This document shows positions 10,562 through 19,900 of a stretch of DNA of 60,904 bases, one piece after another. Within the stretch, counting starts at the first letter, position 1. Every line of letters begins with the position of its first letter. The notes beneath the pieces are model-generated. The model saw only the letters and a list, made by a program, of their open reading frames with translations, was not told the origin of the DNA and did not search any database. The position numbers were made by a program, and so were the translations under genes. Source of the DNA: an uncultured Candidatus Bathyarchaeia archaeon. Its GTDB lineage: Archaea; Thermoproteota; CALKCG01; B24. The stretch lies in assembly GCA_964568845.1 (NCBI GenBank), contig CAZMSC010000008.1, positions 1 to 60,904 of the forward strand, written 5' to 3'.

Positions 10562-11314
10562 CTATTGAAACTGTTTGATTGTAAGCTTATCTAAGACGTC
10601 GGATACGTTTAGTCCTCTATCTTCAGCTATCATCGTCAGGTGGCGCACGGTTCTAGGCTCCACTCCTAGAAATCTACAGACGGCTATATCTACCGTGAAT
10701 GGGTCTAAGCCCAGTAGGACTCTACCGTTTACTTCAGCTACGTGCAATCCACCTGGGACTACTTTAACAAGGTCTGCTAAGACTTTATCAACGCCTTTCG
10801 CATGGTAGCTTAGAAACTTGGATTTAACCATTAAAAGTCCAAACATGTTTTTAACGCAACACGTTAACCTTGTTGTTGGATGGCTTCCGGCTCTGGCGAG
10901 GTTGATGAATAGTTTCGCCTCCATTAAAATCGATGGAAGAGGGAGAGAAGGGCATGCCCTACGCTTCGTAACATTGATGTTAACCTTACCATAATCGGAG
11001 AAATTTACAAGTTTAACGCCTTTCATACCACTCAATTTTCCATAAATGGATAAGCTTCTAAACCTCTCTTCGGGAGAGTGCATGGTGCTGGCCGTGTCGC
11101 CCACGTAAACGGTTTCCGCATAGTTCCCAGCATACACTACCGTAGCCTTTAACAGCTCGACGTCTGGAGGGTAAAACCCGCAGATGTTAGGCTTAACCAC
11201 CGCTATATTGCATAGGCTTGGTTTAAACCCGGCTTCTTCAGCCAATCTGTCGAAGGACTTTATGGCTGAAGCAACATCCGCAACGACCACCGTGAAGGCT
11301 CCACTAGACATCAA
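10562..11314 (-). CDS. DUF362 family protein (short)
   Basis: VVKPN, LTCCVKNMFG and DPFTVD motifs of DUF362. Confidence 0.75.
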   Translation of the reverse strand: MMSSGAFTVVVADVASAIKSFDRLAEEAGFKPSLCNIAVVKPNICGFYPPDVELLKATVVYAGNYAETVYVGDTASTMHSPEERFRSLSIYGKLSGMKGVKLVNFSDYGKVNINVTKRRACPSLPLPSILMEAKLFINLARAGSHPTTRLTCCVKNMFGLLMVKSKFLSYHAKGVDKVLADLVKVVPGGLHVAEVNGRVLLGLDPFTVDIAVCRFLGVEPRTVRHLTMIAEDRGLNVSDVLDKLTIKQFQ

Positions 11315-11386
11315 CTATTTAATTAGGTTTATGTCTTTTTAAGCTTCCTAGGAGTAAACTTGGCTTAAGGCTGGTTTAAGAAGGCG

Positions 11387-12313
11387 ATGGATATGGATAA
11401 AGGTAAGCCTATAGTAGCGGTATCTAGAGGATCTAGCAGGTATGAGGCTGTTAAGAAGGCTTTAGAGCTCATACATGACGATATTGCCAGAAGCATTAAA
11501 GGTAAACGTAGGATCCTTATAAAGCCTAACTTCGTATCGGATAGTGTTCAGCTAGCCGCTACGCACGTAGACGCGGTCAAAGCTTTACTAGATATCATTG
11601 TACCCTTAGCTACAGGGGAGATTATAATAGGAGAAGGTTCTTACGGAGATACTTTTAAAGGTTATAGGAACTTCGGCTATATGGACCTTAAAAGTGAGTA
11701 CGGCGTTGAACTCTTAGATTTAAACAGCGACGAATACGTCGAAGTTAACGTTTTCGACGGAAGGTTTAGAGAATTTCCGATAAGGGTTTCCAAAACAGTC
11801 TATGAGAGCGATTATAGAATATCAGCCGCCGTCATGAAAACACACGACTTCGTTATTGCAACATTATCCATAAAAAACATGGTTGTTGGAAGCATAGTTA
11901 AGCCGTACAAGGGTAGAATCCATCAAGGTTATCCCGCTATAAACTTGAACATCTACAAGATAGCTAAGTTCATACCAGTGCACTTAGCGGTTGTAGACGC
12001 CTTTAAAGCTATGGAGGGGGATGGGCCTGTTTGGGGCAGTGAGGTTTCAATGGGTGTAGCGTTAGCCGGCTTAGATCCCGTAGCTGTGGACGCTGTGGCT
12101 GCCTACATGATGGGTTTTAACCCTATGGATATAGGCTACATATATTACTGTTACAGGTTTGGACTTGGAGAGGCAGACATTGGAAACGTAAGAGTAGTCG
12201 GTGAAGACATTGAAGCTTTGAAGAGGAAGTTTAAGCCTCATAGAACCGTCAACAGACAGCTTAATTGGAGGATTCCTCAGGGACTGCTATCTCGGTTGAA
12301 TTTAGACCCGTAG
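11387..12313 (+). CDS. DUF362 family protein
   Basis: ILIKPN, IGEGS, MKTH...TLSIKN, MEGDGP, DPVAVD. Confidence 0.85.
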   Translation: MDMDKGKPIVAVSRGSSRYEAVKKALELIHDDIARSIKGKRRILIKPNFVSDSVQLAATHVDAVKALLDIIVPLATGEIIIGEGSYGDTFKGYRNFGYMDLKSEYGVELLDLNSDEYVEVNVFDGRFREFPIRVSKTVYESDYRISAAVMKTHDFVIATLSIKNMVVGSIVKPYKGRIHQGYPAINLNIYKIAKFIPVHLAVVDAFKAMEGDGPVWGSEVSMGVALAGLDPVAVDAVAAYMMGFNPMDIGYIYYCYRFGLGEADIGNVRVVGEDIEALKRKFKPHRTVNRQLNWRIPQGLLSRLNLDP

Positions 12314-12317
12314 TATC

Positions 12318-13022
12318 CTACTTTGAATTCTTCCATTTATAATCCCAGGGGTTTATACTCCACTCTACAAGCCTCCTCTTAAGAGTTTTAGAGCTTACGC
12401 CTAGAATTTTAGCTATAGCTGACATCGTCAATCCCTTCTCTAAATAGCTTATAACAGTCTTTTTATCGATGGCTTTCATAGGTCTACCGATTGGTTTCCC
12501 TTCAAGTTTAACCCTCCTCATCCCTTCTTTAGTCCTCTGGCTTAACAGCTCCCTCTCCCTTTCAGCAACCCAGCTGAATATGGCGAGCACAAGCTTACGG
12601 ATCGATGGGTCTAACGTCTGGAGGAAGCTTTCTTTAGGGCTTATGCTGACGAGAGGGGTTTCAAGTGTTTCAAGTGCCTTTACAGCTTCAAGGGTTTCGT
12701 AGAAGCTTCTACCTATCCTCGAAAGCTCATATACGATCGTTACGATGGGCCTGGGTTTTAAGCCTACGATCTCCTCTATAAGCCTCCTAAACCCTTGTCT
12801 TCTGAGAGGAGGAATCTTACCGCTTATGGCTTCATCCTCGTAGTATTTAAGGATGAGATAGCTGTTGTTACGCGCCCACTCCTCAATAGCTATTTTCTGA
12901 TTTTCGACAGTCTGTTCCCCTGTGCTGACACGGACATATGCGACTGCCGGTTTAAAATCAGTAGACAAAATCCGCACACCCCTTAGTTCCATAAAAGTTG
13001 GACATATAAATTGTTTGAGCAC
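12318..13022 (-). CDS. Small serine recombinase (resolvase/invertase) with C-terminal HTH
   Basis: AYVRVSTGEQ (catalytic Ser), ISG, LSRIGR, ERERELLSQRTKEG, GRP and a C-terminal HTH (TMSAIAKILGVSSKTL). The true start is probably downstream, about 12970-12992. Confidence 0.92.
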   Translation of the reverse strand: MLKQFICPTFMELRGVRILSTDFKPAVAYVRVSTGEQTVENQKIAIEEWARNNSYLILKYYEDEAISGKIPPLRRQGFRRLIEEIVGLKPRPIVTIVYELSRIGRSFYETLEAVKALETLETPLVSISPKESFLQTLDPSIRKLVLAIFSWVAERERELLSQRTKEGMRRVKLEGKPIGRPMKAIDKKTVISYLEKGLTMSAIAKILGVSSKTLKRRLVEWSINPWDYKWKNSK

Positions 13023-13183
13023 TTTTTGCCGTTAATTTCTCAAGGGCTCCTTTATGTCCATAAACTTATCCGTGACAATCGGGGACGTCGAGCTAATCTG
13101 TTCAAAGCCACATCTATGACCGTTAATCGCCCTGATGTGATGGAAATCTAAGATCCACGTTTACAGTCGAAGACAATAATTTT

Positions 13184-13846
13184 TCAAATATTTAAATTCG
13201 TAAGGGTTAAGTATAGACCTGCTATTATGGCGACTGCTGCTTCGATTTTTCCAATATGGGGTAGTATGCGTTTGAACTTTTTAATCAATATGCTTCCGAT
13301 AAATGATGAGAAAACTGTTAATAGAAATATGGGGGTGATCATGCCTGTTGAAAAGGCTATGAAAAGTATTAGAGGCTCTCCGCCAATCAGAGGGGCTGAA
13401 AGAACCATGAATAGAATCGGTAGAGAGCAGGTTAAAGAGTTAAAGGCGTAGATTAATCCGTAGAAGAATTGTTTGACGTAAAGGTTTTCTATATTCTTCA
13501 AACCTTTAAACCATACTTGAATTGACATTGATGTCTTACCACTTAAATTGACTATTCCGAAAACTATTAGAAATATTCCGAGAGCCGTACTTATAGCCGG
13601 AATAATCGATATGGCTTTTTCAATTAGATAGATGGGAATCAATACGAAGATGATCAGTACTGTTTCAAGCCCCATGGAAACGGTTAAACCGCTTTTTAAG
13701 CCTACAGTTAACGATTTCTTCATCCGTTTTTCGCCGATCCAGTTTACTATGTATACTGGGAGTAATGGGAAGGCGCACGGTGAGAGAAAGGCTGAGAAGC
13801 CTCCTAGGAAGGCTAGGATTGCTAAAGTTAGGTTCAAACGGTTCAT
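13184..13846 (-). CDS. ccdA: CcdA/DsbD-type thiol:disulfide transmembrane electron transporter
   Basis: FLSPCAFPLLP and a second Cys in SLTCSLP; about 6 TM segments; overlaps the upstream redoxin gene. Confidence 0.85.
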   Translation of the reverse strand: MNRLNLTLAILAFLGGFSAFLSPCAFPLLPVYIVNWIGEKRMKKSLTVGLKSGLTVSMGLETVLIIFVLIPIYLIEKAISIIPAISTALGIFLIVFGIVNLSGKTSMSIQVWFKGLKNIENLYVKQFFYGLIYAFNSLTCSLPILFMVLSAPLIGGEPLILFIAFSTGMITPIFLLTVFSSFIGSILIKKFKRILPHIGKIEAAVAIIAGLYLTLTNLNI

Positions 13847-14349
13847 CCCTTAAGTTCATTTAATAGTTGGGAAATTTCATCTATCAGTTTTGAGGCTTCT
13901 ACGACACCTTCGTGTCGAAACCTTATCCTACCACCATGATCTATGACGACAGTTGTCGGAAGCACTTTAACACTATAGTTTAAACCGACTTCATGGCTTT
14001 GAGCAAATATCCAGGTGGCTTCAAGGTTGTCCCTATATTCTGCGAGCGTTTTAGGGTCGTCCGAGGGTTCGATGCTTATGGAAACTATTACGATGGGCGT
14101 ATCCCTGAAACGTCCATAGACTAGTTTAAGCTCTTCAGTTTGAGCTTTACAGTATCTACACCATGTAGCCATAAACTCCACTATAACGATTTTCCCCTTT
14201 TGATCATCCAGTTTAAAGACAATACCATCCACATCTGTTATTGTGAACAGGGGTGCTTCAGTATTGCTCCTCATATTGAAGAAGACTATCAGTAGAACTG
14301 CTCCAGCGACTATTGGCAAAGCCATTAAGACTATTAATCTAGTGTTCAA
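13843..14349 (-). CDS. Membrane-anchored TlpA/ResA-like thioredoxin
   Basis: N-terminal TM segment, APLFTITDVDG, FMATWCRYC (CxxC), LPTTVVID. Confidence 0.88.
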   Translation of the reverse strand: MNTRLIVLMALPIVAGAVLLIVFFNMRSNTEAPLFTITDVDGIVFKLDDQKGKIVIVEFMATWCRYCKAQTEELKLVYGRFRDTPIVIVSISIEPSDDPKTLAEYRDNLEATWIFAQSHEVGLNYSVKVLPTTVVIDHGGRIRFRHEGVVEASKLIDEISQLLNELKG

Positions 14350-14395
14350 TCCAAATACTGCAAAGAACCGTTCAAACTCTTAAAAGTTTTCTGAC

Positions 14396-14423
14396 CCTAG
14401 TTAAGCAATCAGGCTTAACTAGG
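14396..14423. promoter_or_regulatory. 11-bp perfect inverted repeat (operator or hairpin) upstream of the tlpA-ccdA promoter
   Basis: CCTAGTTAAGC-aatcag-GCTTAACTAGG, next to the minus-strand TATA-like box at about 14378-14388. Confidence 0.5.
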
Positions 14424-14490
14424 ATCTAAGTCTTAAGAGGCACGTTTGGATATGTAATTTTGTGATTTTTCCTTTGAAAGGCATCGGGTA

Positions 14491-15864
14491 CTATTCTAGT
14501 TTCTCTCTCGCTGGTTCTATGTGGACTGTGACTATGGTTTCGGTAAGCTTCTTCCTTATAGCGTTTTCAATCTCCGATGCGATCTTATGGGCTTCCTCTA
14601 TGGGGATTCGCCCTTTGAAGTAGCAATCCAAGTTTATGTGGCGTTTCCCCTCGATAACGTATGTAGTTAATCCTTTCAGGCTTAAAACGTTCTGGAAGCT
14701 CTTTACAACTTCATTTACCGTCCGCCAGATTTCCATATCCTCAACAACGGGGCCTCTTGCTTTATCCTCTAGCGGCTCTACGTGGACGGTTATATGCTCG
14801 ATTACGTCTACAGTGTTTCTCAACTTTCTCTCTATCGTTTCTGCTATATCGTGGGCCTCTTGAACTGATAGTGCTGGATTTACACGTGCATGTAGTATTA
14901 CGTAGAGTTTGCCGTTGGAGTGGGCGATACTTACCTCATGTACATCTTTCACGCCTTCAACTTCTCTCGCCAGTTTCTCTATACGCTTCTCCATCGCTAT
15001 TCCATGCTCTAGCGGTTCAACGTGGACTACCACTTCGGGAGATTCAAAGCACTGTTTCAGCTTTTCCTCTATCTTGGATGCTAGTGCGTGGGATTCTTCA
15101 AAGCTGAAGTAATCTGGGGCTTGAACTGTTGCTTCTACGAATACTCTATTTCCAACTCTTCTAACTCTGATGCTTCTAACGTTAGATACCTCTTTGATTG
15201 AAGCTATTTCTCTTCTGACCTTCTCTACGATATCTCGCGATACGGCGTCGCTAAGCTCCATTCCACTCGTCCAAGCCAATTTAACGCTGAGGTAGCCTAA
15301 TGTGGCACTTAGGACAAGAGATGCTAAAGCATCTGAGGTTGGGAAGCCTAATACGGCAAATCCGAAGCCGAAAAGTGCTAGTAGGGTTGAACTTAAATCA
15401 GCCATCGCATGGTAGAGGTCTGCCTTAACGGTAATACCTTCCTTTTCGGCTTTATGGAGCATCGTAACCCTTAATACGTCTACGCATATTGTGTAGGCTA
15501 TTGCTATAAAACCTGCGAACCTCCATTCCTGGATAAGATATAGTTCATTATTCACAATCCTCAATATGGATTCGAATGCGAGAAGGAAAGCCGTTCCAAG
15601 GAGAATTACTCCACCGATGAAGCCGCCCAATGGTTCGATTTTTCCATGACCATAAGTATGATCTTCATCTGGAGGCTTCATGGAGGCCCTCGCCGCCAGT
15701 AGTAGGATGAACGTTGCCATGACGTCTAGAAGCGCGTGAGCACCATCGCTCAGTATCGCTAGACTGCCTACAAGTAGCCCTAGAAACATCTCTACAAAGA
15801 CGACACTAGCTATTGCGATTGCGGATATTTTCAATGTTCTAAGCTTTTCCCCTCCATAACGCAT
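14491..15864 (-). CDS. Cation diffusion facilitator with three tandem cytoplasmic metal-binding domains
   Basis: SLAILSDGAH, PPDEDHTYGHGKIE, HAMAD, then three repeats ending VHVEP, VHVEP and VHIEP. Confidence 0.9.
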   Translation of the reverse strand: MRYGGEKLRTLKISAIAIASVVFVEMFLGLLVGSLAILSDGAHALLDVMATFILLLAARASMKPPDEDHTYGHGKIEPLGGFIGGVILLGTAFLLAFESILRIVNNELYLIQEWRFAGFIAIAYTICVDVLRVTMLHKAEKEGITVKADLYHAMADLSSTLLALFGFGFAVLGFPTSDALASLVLSATLGYLSVKLAWTSGMELSDAVSRDIVEKVRREIASIKEVSNVRSIRVRRVGNRVFVEATVQAPDYFSFEESHALASKIEEKLKQCFESPEVVVHVEPLEHGIAMEKRIEKLAREVEGVKDVHEVSIAHSNGKLYVILHARVNPALSVQEAHDIAETIERKLRNTVDVIEHITVHVEPLEDKARGPVVEDMEIWRTVNEVVKSFQNVLSLKGLTTYVIEGKRHINLDCYFKGRIPIEEAHKIASEIENAIRKKLTETIVTVHIEPAREKLE

Positions 15865-15954
15865 TATCTTATCAACAGAATGCTCTTTAACGCGCGATTT
15901 AAGAATTACTAACAGACAGAGCTATAAGCGATAAGGTTTAAAAGCTGTAGATCA

Positions 15955-16113
15955 TATGCTCCTTTACAATGGAGACGCACCTACCGGAGCGGTAACACAT
16001 CCCTTGCTTCTAAGGTGGAATAAGATAAAGTGGGAACCCAAAGGACGTGGATCAGCCAATTAATGAATTACTTAGAGGCGGCATCCCCTAGCTTCAGTCG
16101 TGGAGAGTGTTAA
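15955..16113 (+). ncRNA. Orphan IS200/IS605 right end / TnpB omegaRNA-scaffold homolog
   Basis: Colinear with the reverse complement of 25074-25230. Identical blocks CCCTTGCTTCTAAGGTGG (16001-16018 vs 25171-25188) and CGTGGAGAGTGT; ends GTGTTAA vs GTGTCAA. Residual frame GAVTHPLLLRWNKIKWEPK vs TnpB GVVAHPLLLRWDGMRWEPK. Homology is clear; transcription is not shown. Confidence 0.7.
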
Positions 16114-16771
16114 CTTCTTACTACTTCACCATAGCTCTGTATGCTTATTCCATACTCTTTTTCCAACACCTCTCTTTCGGATAGGATCAGTGAATCTTTG
16201 GTGATTAGTTTCTCTCTCAATGCGACCGCAGTGGCCACTATGACGCAGTCCAAATAGTCAGGTATAAGCTTTCTAACCTTGAAAGAAGCTGCAATTATCT
16301 CGGGCTTGTAGAAGAGCTCAACTTTGAAAGTTCTAAAAATTGCTTCAATAGCTTCAGAAACGGAGTTAGCTGGAATCTTAAGTTTTGCGTCCTTCGCTTG
16401 AAGCTCAAAAATGGAAATTAAGCTGACTGTTATTTCCTCAAGCTTCCAATCAATCTTCCCGTCAGTAACCGCCTTTAACAAACCCGTATCGATTTTGATT
16501 CTTGCGAGGGTTAGAAGATAGGTCGTATTTAAGATCGTGGTTCTAACCTCCGTGATAACTCCTGCGAAACTTCTCAAAATCCTTAGCGGAGGTTTTTGCG
16601 ACTTTTCTGAGTATATTAAACGCATTATATCGTCTCCTCTCATCGACTCCCTTAATAGCTCGTTTAAAGCTTTCAAGAAGTCCTTAACTGTTCCATATCT
16701 CTTTAAAACTCCTCTTCAACAAGCTTTTTGCAGACATATCCTTCCAGCAAGACACTTGTACGTTTAGCCAT
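16110..16771 (-). pseudogene. Decayed VapBC-type toxin-antitoxin pair fused by frameshifts
   Basis: The antitoxin starts at ATG 16771 (MAKRTSVLLE...) and is broken by frameshifts. The ORF 16110..16676 joins an antitoxin part to a PIN domain whose first acidic residue is lost (ILNTTYLL vs LDT); DYLDCVIVATA and LITKD remain. Confidence 0.7.
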
Positions 16772-16955
16772 ATAAACGCTCAAACATTTAAATGCTTAAA
16801 TACAAATATAAAGTATTGCTTAAGATCGTCTTCATATGCTTTACAAACTGCTATACGATGAAGACCATGTTTACAGTGGTCAGAGGTATATGGTGGAATA
16901 GATATAAAAATTTATAAAGAATAGCTTTTTCCATTAGCTTTCAGAGATTTTACGT

Positions 16956-19900
16956 ATGAAATCGATAAGGTCTAAAGCCCTTTTAGAGATAGTGATGTTG
17001 ATACTGACCGCTACTTTTACTCTAGAGTTGAAAACACTGAGTGAGCCTGTTCAAGAACCGTGGAAAAGCTTAACGTCTATCAACATGGAGAGCGTAATGA
17101 AGCATGTTGAATTCTTCTCTTCGTTTGAAAGCCGGATGACTGGCTACCCCGGTTTCTACAAGGCCTATGAATACATAGTTGATGAACTCAATAGGACATT
17201 GGGAAATGTTGCTATCGAAGAGTTTGAGGTAACGGTTCCGATTCAACATTTCGCAGAAATCACCGTAGAATCCCCTGAACACAAAGTTTTAAATGCTTAC
17301 GCCTTCTGGCCTAATCTAGCCGAGTCGTGCTCTACACCAGAAGATGGATTGAGAGGACCATTATACTATGTGGGTTATGGGACTCTACCTGAAATGGATG
17401 GGAAGCCGATAGACGGGTCAATAGTTCTAATGGAGTTGAACAATAGGTGGTTTTGGAGGATAGCTCTTAACATAGGTGCTAAAGCTGCGATATTTGTAGA
17501 GCCTGAAGACTCTTTTAGAGGTGATTTTTGGGCGAAGGCTCTACAAATACCGATAAATTTCCCCAGGCTTTACGTGAAGAAAGAAGATGGAGATTACTTG
17601 AAGAAGCTCATCGAGAAGTATGGAAATTTAACTGTAACGTTGAAATCTTCCATAACTTGGGATAAGGTTAAGGCCTACAACGTATTGGCTGAGCTTAAAG
17701 GTACAGACCCGGAGCTTTCTAAAGAGTGCATCGTGCTTGCGGCTTACTACGACTCACTTTCAATAGTTCCAACTTCAGCTCCCGGAGCATCCGAGTCCTT
17801 GGGAATATCGCTTTTACTAGAATTGGCTAGAGTTTTCAAAGAGAACCCTCCTAAGAGAAGCATATTGTTTGTGGCTTTGGGAGGTCATGGATTGGGATTG
17901 GCTGGGGCTAGAGAATTTGTATGGAAGCATTTTCAAGAAATTGGTGGAAAATATAAGCTGTTGATAAGCTTAGACCTTTCCACTGAGAGTTCAGACCTAG
18001 CTGTACAATTCTACGGAGGCTTTTACGCACTTCATGGAACTGTCCCAGGATACGAGACGAAGTTTCAATGGCTGAGAGATAAAATCTTTAATGAATATCT
18101 CAAGCTTTATAGAACCTATGGTGGGCAGATCAGGCTTTTCGACTCACTCTCCTTAACGAACATTTACTATGAGCCAACTCCATTATACGTCGATAGTGAA
18201 CCGTTTGTGCTGGCTGGAGGAATCGGCTTCACATTCAGGACATTCAACGTATTTAGAAGACATCTCTTTACGCCTTTAGATAGACTAGAAGACATAGAAA
18301 TAGATAGACTTAAGCCACAAGCTGAGTACATAGCCTTAACTCTTAGAATGCTTTGCGAAGAACCTAAACTAGCGGTATATTCTAAGCCTACAGTTATAGG
18401 AGTAGGTTATGGATTTGTCACTTTAAGCGGTTACGTTCAAGAGTATAATTTAACGAGAGGCTGGTATCAGAAGGTTCCCAACGCCCTCGTACAGTTACCT
18501 TTCTGGCCTACATTGATAGTTGAAAAAACGGATGAAAACGGCTATTTTCAGATTAAAGGACTTAGAGCAGGGGCATACTACTGGTTTAACGGCTTCATAG
18601 TTGACAGATATGGACATGTGTTGGGTACAAACGAGTACGGAGGCTTTGCACCCCCACTGCCGAACTTATTCGGCATAACGATATATAGACCAGACGCTTT
18701 CGTAAACATTAAAGTATTCCGATGCGGAAGCATACACATATCATACGTAGTAGATCCGAGAACCTTCTACACACCTTACGGTTCATATACTGTTTTAAAC
18801 AACTTCAAAACACACGTGACTTTAATTACCTATGGACCTGTTTATACTGACGGTTACGACTTTCAGATATTCATACCCCCTGACACTCCAGTGGAAGTAT
18901 TCCTAAGGACTGGTGGATCTCAAGAAAACTATGCAATCTTACTTAACATAACAGAGTCCAACATAGATGGCACTGGATATTTGGTTCAACCTGGAGAAAT
19001 TCTCAGAATTAAAAACCTAGTGTTAGAGGCCCCTAAAAGCTTCTACATTTTAAATAAAGAGAGGCTGGATAACCTCCATAGTTTTTACGCCTTTAGCATA
19101 AGACCTGAAGAATACCATAGACAGGCTGAAGATATGTTGCAAGAAGCTTATGAGGCGTTTAACAACATGCGTTATAGCGAGGCTTACTGTAAGGCCGTAC
19201 ATGCTTGGTGTTTGGAAGCTTATGCCTACAGTGCCATAAAAGATTTTATCGTAGATCTAGCCTACAATTCGTCTCTAACGTACATTTTCACGCTACCTCT
19301 GATCATAGTGGTGACTATGGGGTTTTTGAGGAGGAGAGGCGGGGGATTGAAAACTTTAGCAGTTCAATTGGCGTTTTCGCTATTCTTCATGGCGGTTCTA
19401 TACTTGTACAGCCCCGGCTTCCACGTTGCAACAAACATCTACGTGATGCTGGGCTCTCTTTTCATAATTGCCCTCGTAGTTCTCGTCTTGATAATTCTAT
19501 GGAGGGAGTTCTCGACAGCTTTAAGCTTCATCAGGAGGAGGTTTCTGAGGATTCCCTACGATGAGAGCGACGCTAGATTAGGCGTTAAAGAGCTGACGTT
19601 TAGAATAAAAAGATTTCTTGAAGAGGATAAGGCTAGATTCTTAGCAATAGTGCTCATTTCTTCTCTGGCTACGTGTACTTTTCTATTAACATCATTCTGT
19701 TCAAGTTACACTTACGTCTTTGAATCTTCTAAGATTTTTGAAGCAGAAGAAGGCAGAATTCTCCTCAGAAAATGGCCTTGGGACGTCTTCGCTGAAAGGC
19801 ACGTAGATCTTTTAAAGATAGAGCTTGCAGAAAACGCCTTGGTATCTAGCAGGGTTTGGACGTACCCTTCCTATCAAGAGCTCAGGATAAATTTAAATTC

